From Anaerolineae bacterium (GTDB lineage: Bacteria; Chloroflexota; Anaerolineae; Anaerolineales; UBA6663), in NCBI GenBank assembly GCA_037442085.1, contig JBBIQY010000006.1, forward strand, positions 1 to 62,986: 62,986 nucleotides of DNA, read 5' to 3'. Below, piece by piece: positions 26,921-35,905 of the stretch. The notes below the pieces were generated by a model. It searched no databases. It was not told the DNA's origin and worked only from the letters and a program-made list of their open reading frames with translations. Position 1 is the first letter of the stretch, and the number at the start of each line of letters is the position of its first letter. Both the position numbers and the translations under genes were made by a program.

Positions 26921-28519
26921 TCAAGGCTCCAGCGACGAGAAGTAATCCTTCACCACGTCACGCAGTTCGGGCGGGTAATTGCCCCGGTCAATCGCCGAAT
27001 AGGCATTGTTGCGATACTCGTAGAAAACACGGTTGTAGGGCACGCGCACTTCGCCGGGGTTCTGCGGGTTGGTCGGCCCCTGGCCGATTACGTCACCGCC
27101 GGGGTCGCCGCCGCCCTGGTTGGGCAGCGTGACGTCCGGGCCGCCGCTCCCGCCCAGGCGATACGGTGAATAGATCGGTTCATAGAGGCGTTCGCCGCCG
27201 TCACCAGGGCCGTTATTCTGCCCGACTTGGCCACCGGCCTGGCCGCCCTGCGCCTGGCCCTGGCCCTCGCCGGTGCCGGCGCCGCTGCTGCCCTGACCTT
27301 GACCTTGTTGGCCGTCGCCCTGTCCCTCCTGGCCCTGGCCAGTCTGGCCCTGGGCCCCTTGCCCGGCCTGGGCGATGCGCTGTTGGGCGCGTTGTACTTG
27401 GCCGGAGGCCTGGCGTGCGGCCCGCGATTGTTCGGCGCGCTCGCCAACCTGAGCGATGGATCGGCCGGCGCGCTCTAGCGCCTGGCGCGCGGCTTCGGCG
27501 TCGCCATTGCGCAACGCCTCGGCGGCCTCGCGCATGGCCTGGGCTGTCTCCGGGTTGGCGCCTTCCAACTGCTCTGCCGTCTGGTCGAGCTGTTCGGCCA
27601 GTGCCTGCCGCTCCGCCTCGTTGAGCGTGGCGGGATCAATGTTCGCCAGCGCCTCGCCGGCCTGTTGCAGGTCGCCGTTCTGTAGCGCTTCGCCGGCCTG
27701 TTCGGTGGTGGCGTTCTGGCTCAGGCCTTCGCCGGCCTGCTGAAGGTTCTGCGCCTGTGCTTCAGCGTTCGGGTCTTGCAGCTCACGCAGTTCCTGCTGT
27801 GCCTCGGCCAATGCCTGTTGCGCCTGCGCCTCCGTCAGGTTCGGCTGCTGAAGTTGCTGGCGCGCTTCCTCCAGCGGCTTCGTTAATTCTTCTTTCTGTG
27901 CCTCGGTCAGATTAGGATTGTTCTCGATCTGCTCGATCAGCTTCGTGATCTGCTCCGCCTGCTGAGCGATGGCCTGCTGAACGGCCTGTTGCTGCGCCAG
28001 CACCGCTTGCTGGGGATTGGGCAGCGCCAGCGAAGCGGTGAGCGCGGCGAGCAGGACGAGAGCCAGCAAGCTATCGCGCCGCGAGACCGCCCACAGCGGC
28101 AGGCGCTGGCGTACTGCGGCGCTGCGCGCAGCCCGCGCGGCGTCGGCCCATTGCTCGTGAGTCAGCCAGTCGGGCGCGCACTCCGGCTGCTGCGCCAGTT
28201 CCAGCGCCGTGGAGGTGCGCTCGGCCAGGCCCAGCACGCGGTCGAAGTAGCGGGCGGCAGCCAGCCTGGGGCGCGGCCAGACGTAAGCGACGACCAGCGC
28301 CAGCAGCGTGCCCACAAACGCCAGCGTGACCGAGAGCGCAATCAACACGGGTAGGGGCTGCCACGGCGCAAGTCGGCCAACGAGGGAGAAGCCGAGGCCG
28401 GCGGCCAAACCCGCGGCCAGGCCGCGCACCGCCCACTGCAGGGCGTCGCGTGCCCGCAGCCGCCTCAGCCAGCCGGAGAGGGCGTCGTCCAGTTCATGGA
28501 GGTGGGAATTGGCAGTCAT
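26921..28519 (-). CDS. Membrane-anchored Gln/Glu-rich coiled-coil protein with Gly-rich tail (DUF4175-like)
   Basis: Three N-terminal TMs, LAERTSTALEL motif, long QQ/EE helical region, GQG repeats, C-terminal YPPELRDVVKDYFSSL. Confidence 0.8.
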   Translation of the reverse strand: MTANSHLHELDDALSGWLRRLRARDALQWAVRGLAAGLAAGLGFSLVGRLAPWQPLPVLIALSVTLAFVGTLLALVVAYVWPRPRLAAARYFDRVLGLAERTSTALELAQQPECAPDWLTHEQWADAARAARSAAVRQRLPLWAVSRRDSLLALVLLAALTASLALPNPQQAVLAQQQAVQQAIAQQAEQITKLIEQIENNPNLTEAQKEELTKPLEEARQQLQQPNLTEAQAQQALAEAQQELRELQDPNAEAQAQNLQQAGEGLSQNATTEQAGEALQNGDLQQAGEALANIDPATLNEAERQALAEQLDQTAEQLEGANPETAQAMREAAEALRNGDAEAARQALERAGRSIAQVGERAEQSRAARQASGQVQRAQQRIAQAGQGAQGQTGQGQEGQGDGQQGQGQGSSGAGTGEGQGQAQGGQAGGQVGQNNGPGDGGERLYEPIYSPYRLGGSGGPDVTLPNQGGGDPGGDVIGQGPTNPQNPGEVRVPYNRVFYEYRNNAYSAIDRGNYPPELRDVVKDYFSSLEP

Positions 28520-28552
28520 CGTCGGTAAGCGTCCTTCACCGTGCGTCGGAGG

Positions 28553-29533
28553 TCAGCGTTCCCGGCGCGCGACGTTCGCGATGCTCAGCACAGTGAACAC
28601 CAGGCCCAGGCCCAGTGCAAATAAGACGAAGGGGATCCAGGGTGAGATGAGGGGAACGTTGATCGAGCTGCTGGTCACTGAATTGTAGATAGGCAGGGTG
28701 AAGTAGAACAGGGTCTGCTCGTTCACCAAAATAACCTCGGTGGCGATCAGCGTGGCGACGGGGTTGGTCGCGATGAGCAGGCCAAAGGCATAGAGCAGCG
28801 CGATCTGCAGCTCGACCGGCGGCGTGTTGTAGCCGAATAACGGCCCGGAGATGATGGCCAGCGGGAAGAGCAAGATCGGTAAGCCCAGGGTCGCCAGCAG
28901 CACAAAGGCGTAAGTCAGCACCGTGGCGCCCAGCGTACGCCGCATCATCGAGGAGAAGAAGACGCCGGCGGCGCCGAACAGGAAGGCCGTCATTGTCAGC
29001 AACAGCGTGGCGACGGCGACCTCCTCCGGCGCCACGCCGCCGAGCAGGAAGGCCAGACTTTGTAAGGGCAGGGCGGCCAACAGCAGCATGAAGACGTATG
29101 ACATGGCCGCGAGCATCTTGCCCAGGATGAGCGCCCGCTCGGAGAGCAGGGTGGTGCGCAGCAGGTCGTAGGTCTGACGCTCGCGTTCGCCGCTGACCGC
29201 GCCCACCGTGAAGGCCGGCGTGATGAAGCACACCAGCAGCATTTCGATTGCCACCACCCCGCCGAAGACGAACTTGCCGAGCAGTTGCCGGTCGGGCGCG
29301 GCGTATACGTCGCTGGTAGAGGCGACATAGAGCGAATAGAGCAGCGTGACGAAGCCGCTCAGCAACAGTAGGTAAACCGTCAGCACGATGAAGGCGCGGG
29401 CGCCGCGCATCCGCCCGCGCAGCTCCTTGAGCACGACGGGGTTGCGCGTCAGCCACTCGCGCAATGTGGGCCGCGGCCTGGCTGCCGCGCGCGGTACAAC
29501 GGGATGTGGGGCAGTGGCGGCGGTATCGGTCAT
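28553..29533 (-). CDS. ABC-2 type transporter permease
   Basis: NPVVLKELRGRMRG, GAVSGERERQTYDLLRTT, LILGK motifs; multi-TM. Confidence 0.9.
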   Translation of the reverse strand: MTDTAATAPHPVVPRAAARPRPTLREWLTRNPVVLKELRGRMRGARAFIVLTVYLLLLSGFVTLLYSLYVASTSDVYAAPDRQLLGKFVFGGVVAIEMLLVCFITPAFTVGAVSGERERQTYDLLRTTLLSERALILGKMLAAMSYVFMLLLAALPLQSLAFLLGGVAPEEVAVATLLLTMTAFLFGAAGVFFSSMMRRTLGATVLTYAFVLLATLGLPILLFPLAIISGPLFGYNTPPVELQIALLYAFGLLIATNPVATLIATEVILVNEQTLFYFTLPIYNSVTSSSINVPLISPWIPFVLFALGLGLVFTVLSIANVARRER

Positions 29534-29588
29534 CTTGGGTCAAATAGTCGGATAGTCGCGTCGTCGGGCAGCCCAGCGATCGGCGACG

Positions 29589-30560
29589 CTAGGAGACTAT
29601 CCCTTGCGTCACCTTCATAAAAACATCTTCTACGTCGTGTGTGGTTTCGGTAAAGCGCAGCACAGGCAGGCCGCGCTGCACCAGGTCACGCAGGAAGGCG
29701 CTGACGGCGACTTCATCGCCGGCGAAGTCTACTTCGAGCCGGGTATACGCATCGGCCGCGGGTCCGGAGCGTTCACCGTCCAATTCGCGCAGGGCAAGCA
29801 CGTTCTCGCGGCCGAAGATGGCGGAGCGGGCGGCCTCGATGTCCTTATCCAACAACAGGATTTGCAACGTCCGATGCGGAGTCAGCCGGCGCTGCATCTC
29901 CGCCAGGCTGCCCTGGGCCACCAGCCGGCCTGCTTCCACGATGCCCACCTGCGTGCAGATCTCGGCCACATCGGCCAGGATGTGGGTGGAGAAAAAGACC
30001 GTCTTGCCCATGCGGCTCAGCTCCACCAGCAGCTCGCGGATTTCGATGCGGGCGCGCGGGTCGAGGCCGGAGGCCGGTTCGTCGAGGATGAGCACCTGCG
30101 GGTCGTGGGCCAGCGTGCGCGCCAGGCACAGCCGCTGTTTCATGCCGCGCGAAAGCGTGTCCACCTGGTCGTCGCGCCGGTGCGCCAGGTCTACCAGTTC
30201 GAGCAGGTCGTTGATCAGGCCGCGTCGTGTGGCCTCCGGGATGCGATAGCAGGCTGCGAAGAAGTCCAGATATTCCCAGACCGTCATGTCATCGTACACG
30301 CCGAAAAAATCCGGCATGTAGCCGATCGCACGGCGCACGCCGTTCGGGTCGCGGCGGATCGAGTGGCCGGCGACCCAGGCCTCGCCCGCCGTCGGCTCGA
30401 GCAGCGTGGTGAGCATCCGCATTGTCGTCGTCTTGCCCGCCCCGTTCGGCCCAACGAAGCCGTAGATCGCGCCCGCCTCCACGCTCAGGTTCATGTCCTG
30501 AACGGCGACGGTGCGACCGTAATGTTTGGATAAGGCCCTGGTCTCGATGATGGCGGACAT
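29589..30560 (-). CDS. ABC transporter ATP-binding protein (exporter type)
   Basis: GPNGAGKTT, LSRGMKQR, LILDEPASGLDP, FSTHIL. Confidence 0.95.
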   Translation of the reverse strand: MSAIIETRALSKHYGRTVAVQDMNLSVEAGAIYGFVGPNGAGKTTTMRMLTTLLEPTAGEAWVAGHSIRRDPNGVRRAIGYMPDFFGVYDDMTVWEYLDFFAACYRIPEATRRGLINDLLELVDLAHRRDDQVDTLSRGMKQRLCLARTLAHDPQVLILDEPASGLDPRARIEIRELLVELSRMGKTVFFSTHILADVAEICTQVGIVEAGRLVAQGSLAEMQRRLTPHRTLQILLLDKDIEAARSAIFGRENVLALRELDGERSGPAADAYTRLEVDFAGDEVAVSAFLRDLVQRGLPVLRFTETTHDVEDVFMKVTQGIVS

Positions 30561-30561
30561 C

Positions 30562-33033
30562 CTACGGCCCAAACGTCAACGTAAAATCTAGTTGATCAAT
30601 CTGAAGAGTGTCCGGCCCAGGATTGTACAGACGGACTTCGATCTCGCCGTGCGGTCCGCGGAAGCGTTCCGGCTCGGGCACGCTGAAGGGGCCATAGCTG
30701 CTGAGGGGCGCTGCCGTCCAGGCCCCCTGCGTAAAATCCCACAGCTCGACCTCCGGCAGCGCCGTGGTGTTGCCGTAGCTCATGCCGTACAGGTTGAGCA
30801 CCATCTCCGTCAGCGGCCCGGGCGCGGCGCGCGGTGTGAACCGCACGGCATATTGCTCACCCGCATACAATGTCAGGTCGTAGGGAGGTTGGCCGGCATG
30901 TGGGTCATTGCCGCCCAGTGGGCGCGGCGACCAGGTGAGCATGCCGGGCAGCAGCGTCAGCGCGCCGCCGGCAGAACGGCTGGCCACCGGCAAAGCGATC
31001 AGATAAAGCGTGGAATTGGATTCGCGAAAGCTAGTATTGAGCAGCCGGACTGAGGCCGGGGCCGACTCTGTCCAGCCGGCCAGATAAATGCCGGCGCCAC
31101 GGCCCAGCCCGCCCGCGCCGCCGTAAACGTTGATGGCCGATGATAAGAGTTCGTAGCGCCGCAGTTGCTCACGGTTCTGGTAGTAGTTGCTGGTCCCGAG
31201 GATGTCGTCAATCGTCGTATCGTAGGCGGTGTAAGGCGAGTAATATGGAGCAGGCGCGGCGTTTCGAAAGGAGCTGCTAACGCCGGCGGATAACGGCAGG
31301 ACGGCATTGGGCGGCACCGAAGAGGCCCGGCTGCCGGTGAGCAGGAGCATAACCTGGCGCGCCTCGCCAGGCTTCATCTCGCCGAGCGTCAGCGCGCCGC
31401 CGGGCGCGAGCAGCACGGCGTTCCGCAGAGTCAGCGCGCTCTGATTGATTATCGTGCCACGCAATTCGGCGCTGCCGCTGATGATCTCGATCTCCAGGTT
31501 GGCGTCGAACTGCGGCGCGGGCGCGAAGCCCTGCACGGCAAACGCCTGCACCGAGCCGATGTCGGAGCGGACGCCGAAAAGGCGCGGCGGTTCGCCCTGT
31601 TCCACGCGCACCGAGCCGGATGTAGCTGCGCTGGAACCCGGCAGCGGCCGGATCAGAAAACCGGCGGCGATCTCGAGATCATAAGTCGTCCGCGCCGGCG
31701 AGAAAACCCCCACCACCTGCTCCACGCGCGCCTGGCTCGCGCCAGGCCAGACCTGCACGATGGACAACTGGTGCAAGATCGCCTGTCCGCCCACCAGCAC
31801 CAGGCCGGTGAGATAGGCGATGAGGCTGAAGGCGCAGACGATGGTGGGGATGGTGAACCAGGCCAGCTCGCGCCGCTTGAAGAAGCGCAGAACGACGTAG
31901 TTGAGCGGCCCGACGACGCCCAGATAGACGCCCAGAAATCCGCAGATGAAGAGCGGGTTGGGAAACACCAGGTCCGGGATGCGGTTGATGGCCGAGCCGG
32001 CCTGCGACCAGTTAGCGATGCCGAAGGCCCAGCTTGGCCGATCTATGGGGGTGGAGAGCAGCCGGCGAAACAGGTCGGCGACGCCGCCCCAGCCGCGCAG
32101 CGGGGCGAACGCCGGGTCAGCCGTCAGGTAGATCACCTCGCCAAATCCCAGCCGGCGCGAGACGACCAGTGGCAGGCCATCGGCTTCGGCCAGCGTCACG
32201 GCGTCCGCCGTCAGTGGGCCGGTTGCAATCACGGCGCCGCCGGTCAGTGCTTCCGCCGAATTGGCGAAGGCGGCCAGCGCCTGAATATCCACTGCGGAGC
32301 GTGCGCCGTCCGGGATGAGGGGCAGGATGTCGCTCAGGCCGGCGGCGGTCTTTTGCCAGCTCGGGCCGCCAGCCACGATCAACCGTCCGCCCATCTGCAC
32401 CCACTCGACCAGGGCGCGGCGTTGTTCCGGCGTCAGCCCGCCGGTGTCTATATCCGAGACGATCAGCACATCCAGGGCCTGCCAGGCCGCGCCCACGGCG
32501 GGCAGGTCTTCGATATCGAGTTGAGCGAGAGCGGCTTGTCCGTTCACCGGGTCTACGTCATTGAGAGCGACGTAGGCGGACGAGGCGTTAACCACCAGGC
32601 CGTAGAGCAGATCGTTGGCGGAAAGTTGCGCCAGCCGAGACGGGACGACGACGAGGCGCTGTCCCGCGCTGTTGACCAGCGTTACGTCTAGGCTGCTGGT
32701 GAGGCCCTCCGGCGCGACAAACAGTTGCAGGCTCCGGCGTGACTGCGTCGGCAGACTCACGGCGCGCGTGACGATGGCCTCAATGCTGCCGAAGCCGCGC
32801 GGAGCGCCGATCTGCACCTGGCCGCTCACGTCCGGGCCGTCGTTTCCGATCAGGACACGCACCGGTATCCACAGACCATCTTTGTAGTAACCATCGAAGC
32901 CGGCGCTGACGCTGAGCACAAGGCCGGGATTTTGCAGCGAGGGCGTAGCGCGGCCAACCGTGGGCGCGGCCAGAAGGGCAGCCAGTGTCAGCCAGAGAAA
33001 AGCAGATCGAATGAGGTATCGCTGCCTGTGCAT
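30562..33033 (-). CDS. Large secreted/membrane protein with glutamine-amidotransferase-like domain, first gene of the MoxR-VWA operon
   Basis: Signal peptide; GFDGYYKDGLWIPV; ALVEWVQMGGRLIVAGG; two central TMs (YLGVVGPLNY..RRELAWFTIP). Start 33033 or 33069, downstream of the promoter at 33091-33119. Confidence 0.8.
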   Translation of the reverse strand: MHRQRYLIRSAFLWLTLAALLAAPTVGRATPSLQNPGLVLSVSAGFDGYYKDGLWIPVRVLIGNDGPDVSGQVQIGAPRGFGSIEAIVTRAVSLPTQSRRSLQLFVAPEGLTSSLDVTLVNSAGQRLVVVPSRLAQLSANDLLYGLVVNASSAYVALNDVDPVNGQAALAQLDIEDLPAVGAAWQALDVLIVSDIDTGGLTPEQRRALVEWVQMGGRLIVAGGPSWQKTAAGLSDILPLIPDGARSAVDIQALAAFANSAEALTGGAVIATGPLTADAVTLAEADGLPLVVSRRLGFGEVIYLTADPAFAPLRGWGGVADLFRRLLSTPIDRPSWAFGIANWSQAGSAINRIPDLVFPNPLFICGFLGVYLGVVGPLNYVVLRFFKRRELAWFTIPTIVCAFSLIAYLTGLVLVGGQAILHQLSIVQVWPGASQARVEQVVGVFSPARTTYDLEIAAGFLIRPLPGSSAATSGSVRVEQGEPPRLFGVRSDIGSVQAFAVQGFAPAPQFDANLEIEIISGSAELRGTIINQSALTLRNAVLLAPGGALTLGEMKPGEARQVMLLLTGSRASSVPPNAVLPLSAGVSSSFRNAAPAPYYSPYTAYDTTIDDILGTSNYYQNREQLRRYELLSSAINVYGGAGGLGRGAGIYLAGWTESAPASVRLLNTSFRESNSTLYLIALPVASRSAGGALTLLPGMLTWSPRPLGGNDPHAGQPPYDLTLYAGEQYAVRFTPRAAPGPLTEMVLNLYGMSYGNTTALPEVELWDFTQGAWTAAPLSSYGPFSVPEPERFRGPHGEIEVRLYNPGPDTLQIDQLDFTLTFGP

Positions 33034-33090
33034 GTTTACCAGAGCACCTTCAACCCAGAGACGGCTCATGTCTTGTGCCCGTTCCAGGCC

Positions 33091-33119
33091 GTTGTACCAT
33101 GCCGGAAACATTCGGTCAA
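33091..33119 (-). promoter_or_regulatory. Sigma70-type promoter of the MoxR-VWA-ABC operon
   Basis: Minus strand TTGACC-17 nt-TACAAC, with extended -10 TG. Confidence 0.6.
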
Positions 33120-33175
33120 ACAAGAGTGTGATGAGAAACCGGAGCAAGCGATTCACCCAGCCTGGTGTTCGGGGC

Positions 33176-35692
33176 TTAGAGCTCAATCCACACTCGGATG
33201 GACTTCGGTACTATGAGCGCGAGCATGTATAAGCCTTCATCCGTCCGTGCCGCCTCGATCGGCTGACCGTCTGCCGTCACCGAACGCGGTGGGGTGGGCA
33301 GCGCCAACCGGATTTTGCCCTCGGCCACGCGACCCAGTTCGATTTTGAATCGAAGTGTGTGACGATTGACCACCCACTCCGTGACCTCTTTGCCCTGCGA
33401 AAAGTGGAACGTGGATGAGATGAAGGCGGGCGACTCGGTGACGGGGCGCAATGCCAGCAGGTGCGCCCCGTGCGCCGGGATAGGCTCCGGGCGCAGCGCC
33501 TCACCGGCCTCCAGCCTGCGGACTGACTCGCCCCAGAAATCGGCCACCCAGTAAGCGCCCGGCGGCAGGCCCAGTTCTGCCGGTTTCACCTGGCGCGCGA
33601 CGGGCACGCTCTGCCAGTTGAACAATCCGGCCAGCAGCCATTCGCCGGTCGGGCCGTTGAGTTTTAGCGTCAGCGTCTCCGGCGTCTGCTCACTCAACCA
33701 GTTGTGGGCGCACATGGTCACGTTCGTGAGCACCGGCAGCAGCGCCTGGATGTAGCGGTAAAGATCGGGGCGCAGGCGCGACATATCGTTGGAGACGAGG
33801 AACATGCCGCCGGACAGGGCGATGACGGTGGACAGACAGCGCACCTCGGCCTCGGTGAGCTTGGTAGACTCGTCGCGCACCAGCAGGCAGTCGGGGTCAT
33901 TGAGCCACCAGCGGCGGTGGAACGGCGCGCGGCTGATGATGTTCTGTACGGCGTTGCGCGCGCTGACGAAGCCCAGTTCGGTCTCCAGCCAGCGGTTGAG
34001 CATCGGCGAGAACAGCTCCGGATTCCAGTTGGGCGCCACGTCGGTGCTGATGCGCATGCCATCCACCAGGCCGATGGCTGGGCCAAGCGGGCAACCGCAG
34101 CCCAGCAGGAAGGTCTCCGGCCCGGCGGCGTCGCGCATATCCTTCAGCGCCAACCGCATCGCCTGCGCGCGCGTCAACGTCGGGTCGTAGCGCCGGCCCG
34201 GCAATGCGGCGGCGTACAGAAAATCGAGTTTGAGGTAGGGGAAGCCCCAATCGTTCACGGCCGTTTCGATCAGCCGATGGGTGTGTTCGCGCACGCCGGG
34301 ATGCGTCGGGTCGAGGGCGTAGCACCAGCGAAACCAGTTGAAGCCGGCGTTGACGCGCCAGCCGCGCCGGTTGCGGAGGAACCAGTCGGGGTGCTGCGTG
34401 TTCAACTGCGCGTCGGAGCGAACGATGTAGGGCGCAAGCCACAGGCCGGGTGTGCTGCCGTGCGCGCGGATCTGCTCGCTCAGCCAGCGCAGACCGTGCG
34501 GGAAGGTGGGCTTGGTCCCGAACCAGTCGCCCACCTGCGCCTGGAAGCCATCGTCGAGCTGCACGAAGTCCAGCGGGAGGCGCTCGCGCTCGCGGGCGAT
34601 GGCAGCCAGGTTATTCATCACGTCCTGCTCGGTGACGCGGTCATAGTAGTGATACCAGGAACACCAGCCCACGGGTGTGTAGGCTGGCACGCGCGCGGCG
34701 TTCTCACGGGCGACGGTCTCGGTATAGACGCCCAGCGGGTCCTCCGCGTCCGGCGCAATAAACTGCGCATAGGCCCAATCGGTGGAACGCGTTTCACCCG
34801 GCGCCACGGGCACGCCATCGCCGTGGGCGGTCAGCCGCAGGTAAGGCGAGCGCGAGTCAATCAACAGCGTCTCGACATGGCCGAACTGCTCGCGTTGGGA
34901 GACGAAGCCGATGACGAGCGCGACGTTGTGGGCCGGGTCGCCCAGCACCGCGAACATGTCGCTGGTGAAGTGGCCCAGGCTGTCCACGACCGGGCTGCGC
35001 AGGTTGTAGAACTTCGGGCCGTCGAAGGCCCTGAATTTCGTCAGCGGTCGGCGCATGCCGGCCTGGTTGGCGCCGGTGAACGACCACGACTGGTAGCCGT
35101 TGGAAAAAAAGGCCAGTGGGCCGGGGTTGGGATGGAGGCGGAGGCGCGAGGCGGGAGAAGCGGGATGCGAGATTGGAGATCGAAGGTCGAGGCCGAAGCG
35201 TGAGCCGACGACTGCCAGATCGAGGTCTTGCAGGTAAAACGGCTCCGGGCCGGCATTCTCGACCGTGAGCCTCCAGAGCAGGAAGGGTTGGGCTTCGGGC
35301 AATGCGAATTCCAGGATGAGCCGGGATTGAACGGGCGCGGAGAACAGGCCGGCCAACGGCGCTTGAGTTTCGGGAATGACGACGACGGTGAGGGTCCTTC
35401 GTGGCAGCGGTCGAACGTAGTCGAACGCCATGCTCTCGTGCATTCGCGGCATCAGCGCGCCATCCCTCCCGTCTCCTTCAGGGGGCAGGGGGTGGGCGTT
35501 CACCGGCTCGGAGACATGCAGGCCGCGGACGGCTCCCGTCCACTTGAGTTGCTTGCCCTGGGCATCGCGCAATGCCAGGCTGCTGCGCACGTTCAGCAGC
35601 GCGGGCAGTTCATGATGGGCGGGGCGCAGGCTCCAGCGAGCAGTGTTGGGGTCGAAGGTAAAGATCAGGTGTGAGTTGCGTAGTTCGCCCAT
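33176..35692 (-). CDS. Glycoside hydrolase family 36 alpha-galactosidase (GalA-like)
   Basis: GWCSWYHY, QLDDGFQ..VGDW, PGLWLAP, YLKLDFLY (nucleophile), LGCGCP, MRISTDV (acid/base), WLNDPDCL. Confidence 0.93.
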   Translation of the reverse strand: MGELRNSHLIFTFDPNTARWSLRPAHHELPALLNVRSSLALRDAQGKQLKWTGAVRGLHVSEPVNAHPLPPEGDGRDGALMPRMHESMAFDYVRPLPRRTLTVVVIPETQAPLAGLFSAPVQSRLILEFALPEAQPFLLWRLTVENAGPEPFYLQDLDLAVVGSRFGLDLRSPISHPASPASRLRLHPNPGPLAFFSNGYQSWSFTGANQAGMRRPLTKFRAFDGPKFYNLRSPVVDSLGHFTSDMFAVLGDPAHNVALVIGFVSQREQFGHVETLLIDSRSPYLRLTAHGDGVPVAPGETRSTDWAYAQFIAPDAEDPLGVYTETVARENAARVPAYTPVGWCSWYHYYDRVTEQDVMNNLAAIARERERLPLDFVQLDDGFQAQVGDWFGTKPTFPHGLRWLSEQIRAHGSTPGLWLAPYIVRSDAQLNTQHPDWFLRNRRGWRVNAGFNWFRWCYALDPTHPGVREHTHRLIETAVNDWGFPYLKLDFLYAAALPGRRYDPTLTRAQAMRLALKDMRDAAGPETFLLGCGCPLGPAIGLVDGMRISTDVAPNWNPELFSPMLNRWLETELGFVSARNAVQNIISRAPFHRRWWLNDPDCLLVRDESTKLTEAEVRCLSTVIALSGGMFLVSNDMSRLRPDLYRYIQALLPVLTNVTMCAHNWLSEQTPETLTLKLNGPTGEWLLAGLFNWQSVPVARQVKPAELGLPPGAYWVADFWGESVRRLEAGEALRPEPIPAHGAHLLALRPVTESPAFISSTFHFSQGKEVTEWVVNRHTLRFKIELGRVAEGKIRLALPTPPRSVTADGQPIEAARTDEGLYMLALIVPKSIRVWIEL

Positions 35693-35699
35693 CTTGTAA

Positions 35700-35708
35700 A
35701 TTGTAGCA
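35700..35708 (-). promoter_or_regulatory. Extended -10 element implying a leaderless GH36 mRNA
   Basis: Minus strand TGcTACAAT, 7 nt before ATG 35692; no Shine-Dalgarno sequence. Confidence 0.55.
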
Positions 35709-35905
35709 ACGGCGCGCACCCTGCGTGGAGAGATAGCGTTAGAGGTATGGACTCAGGAGTTGTCGGGCAGCATTGGCAGGTGATAGGACTGTCAACGGCT
35801 GGGGAAACAGATTAGGGGATACGCTTCACGAGGGGACTCCCGGAGTCCGCGGCCAACGGGCAACCTTTGCGATCGCACGTGTGATGGAGAGCTGGCGAAG
35901 GACGC

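Noticed and set aside
29534-29588. Mini-ORF relay across the repeat-containing gap between the ABC ATPase and permease
   Set aside because: Repeats are present but no start codon is coupled to the upstream stop; this is a counter-example to the relay idea.
33070-33186. Long N-terminal extensions given by the ORF track (also 14443, 37579, 47165, 47662, 56369, 61788)
   Set aside because: They overlap neighbouring genes or promoter elements; downstream starts with RBS, coupling or -10 support fit better.
35720-35905. Riboswitch or ncRNA in the gap with short palindromes (ggactcccggagtcc, tgcgatcgca)
   Set aside because: No match to aptamer consensus sequences I know, and the GH36 promoter lies downstream of it. 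An Rfam search would be needed to exclude it fully.
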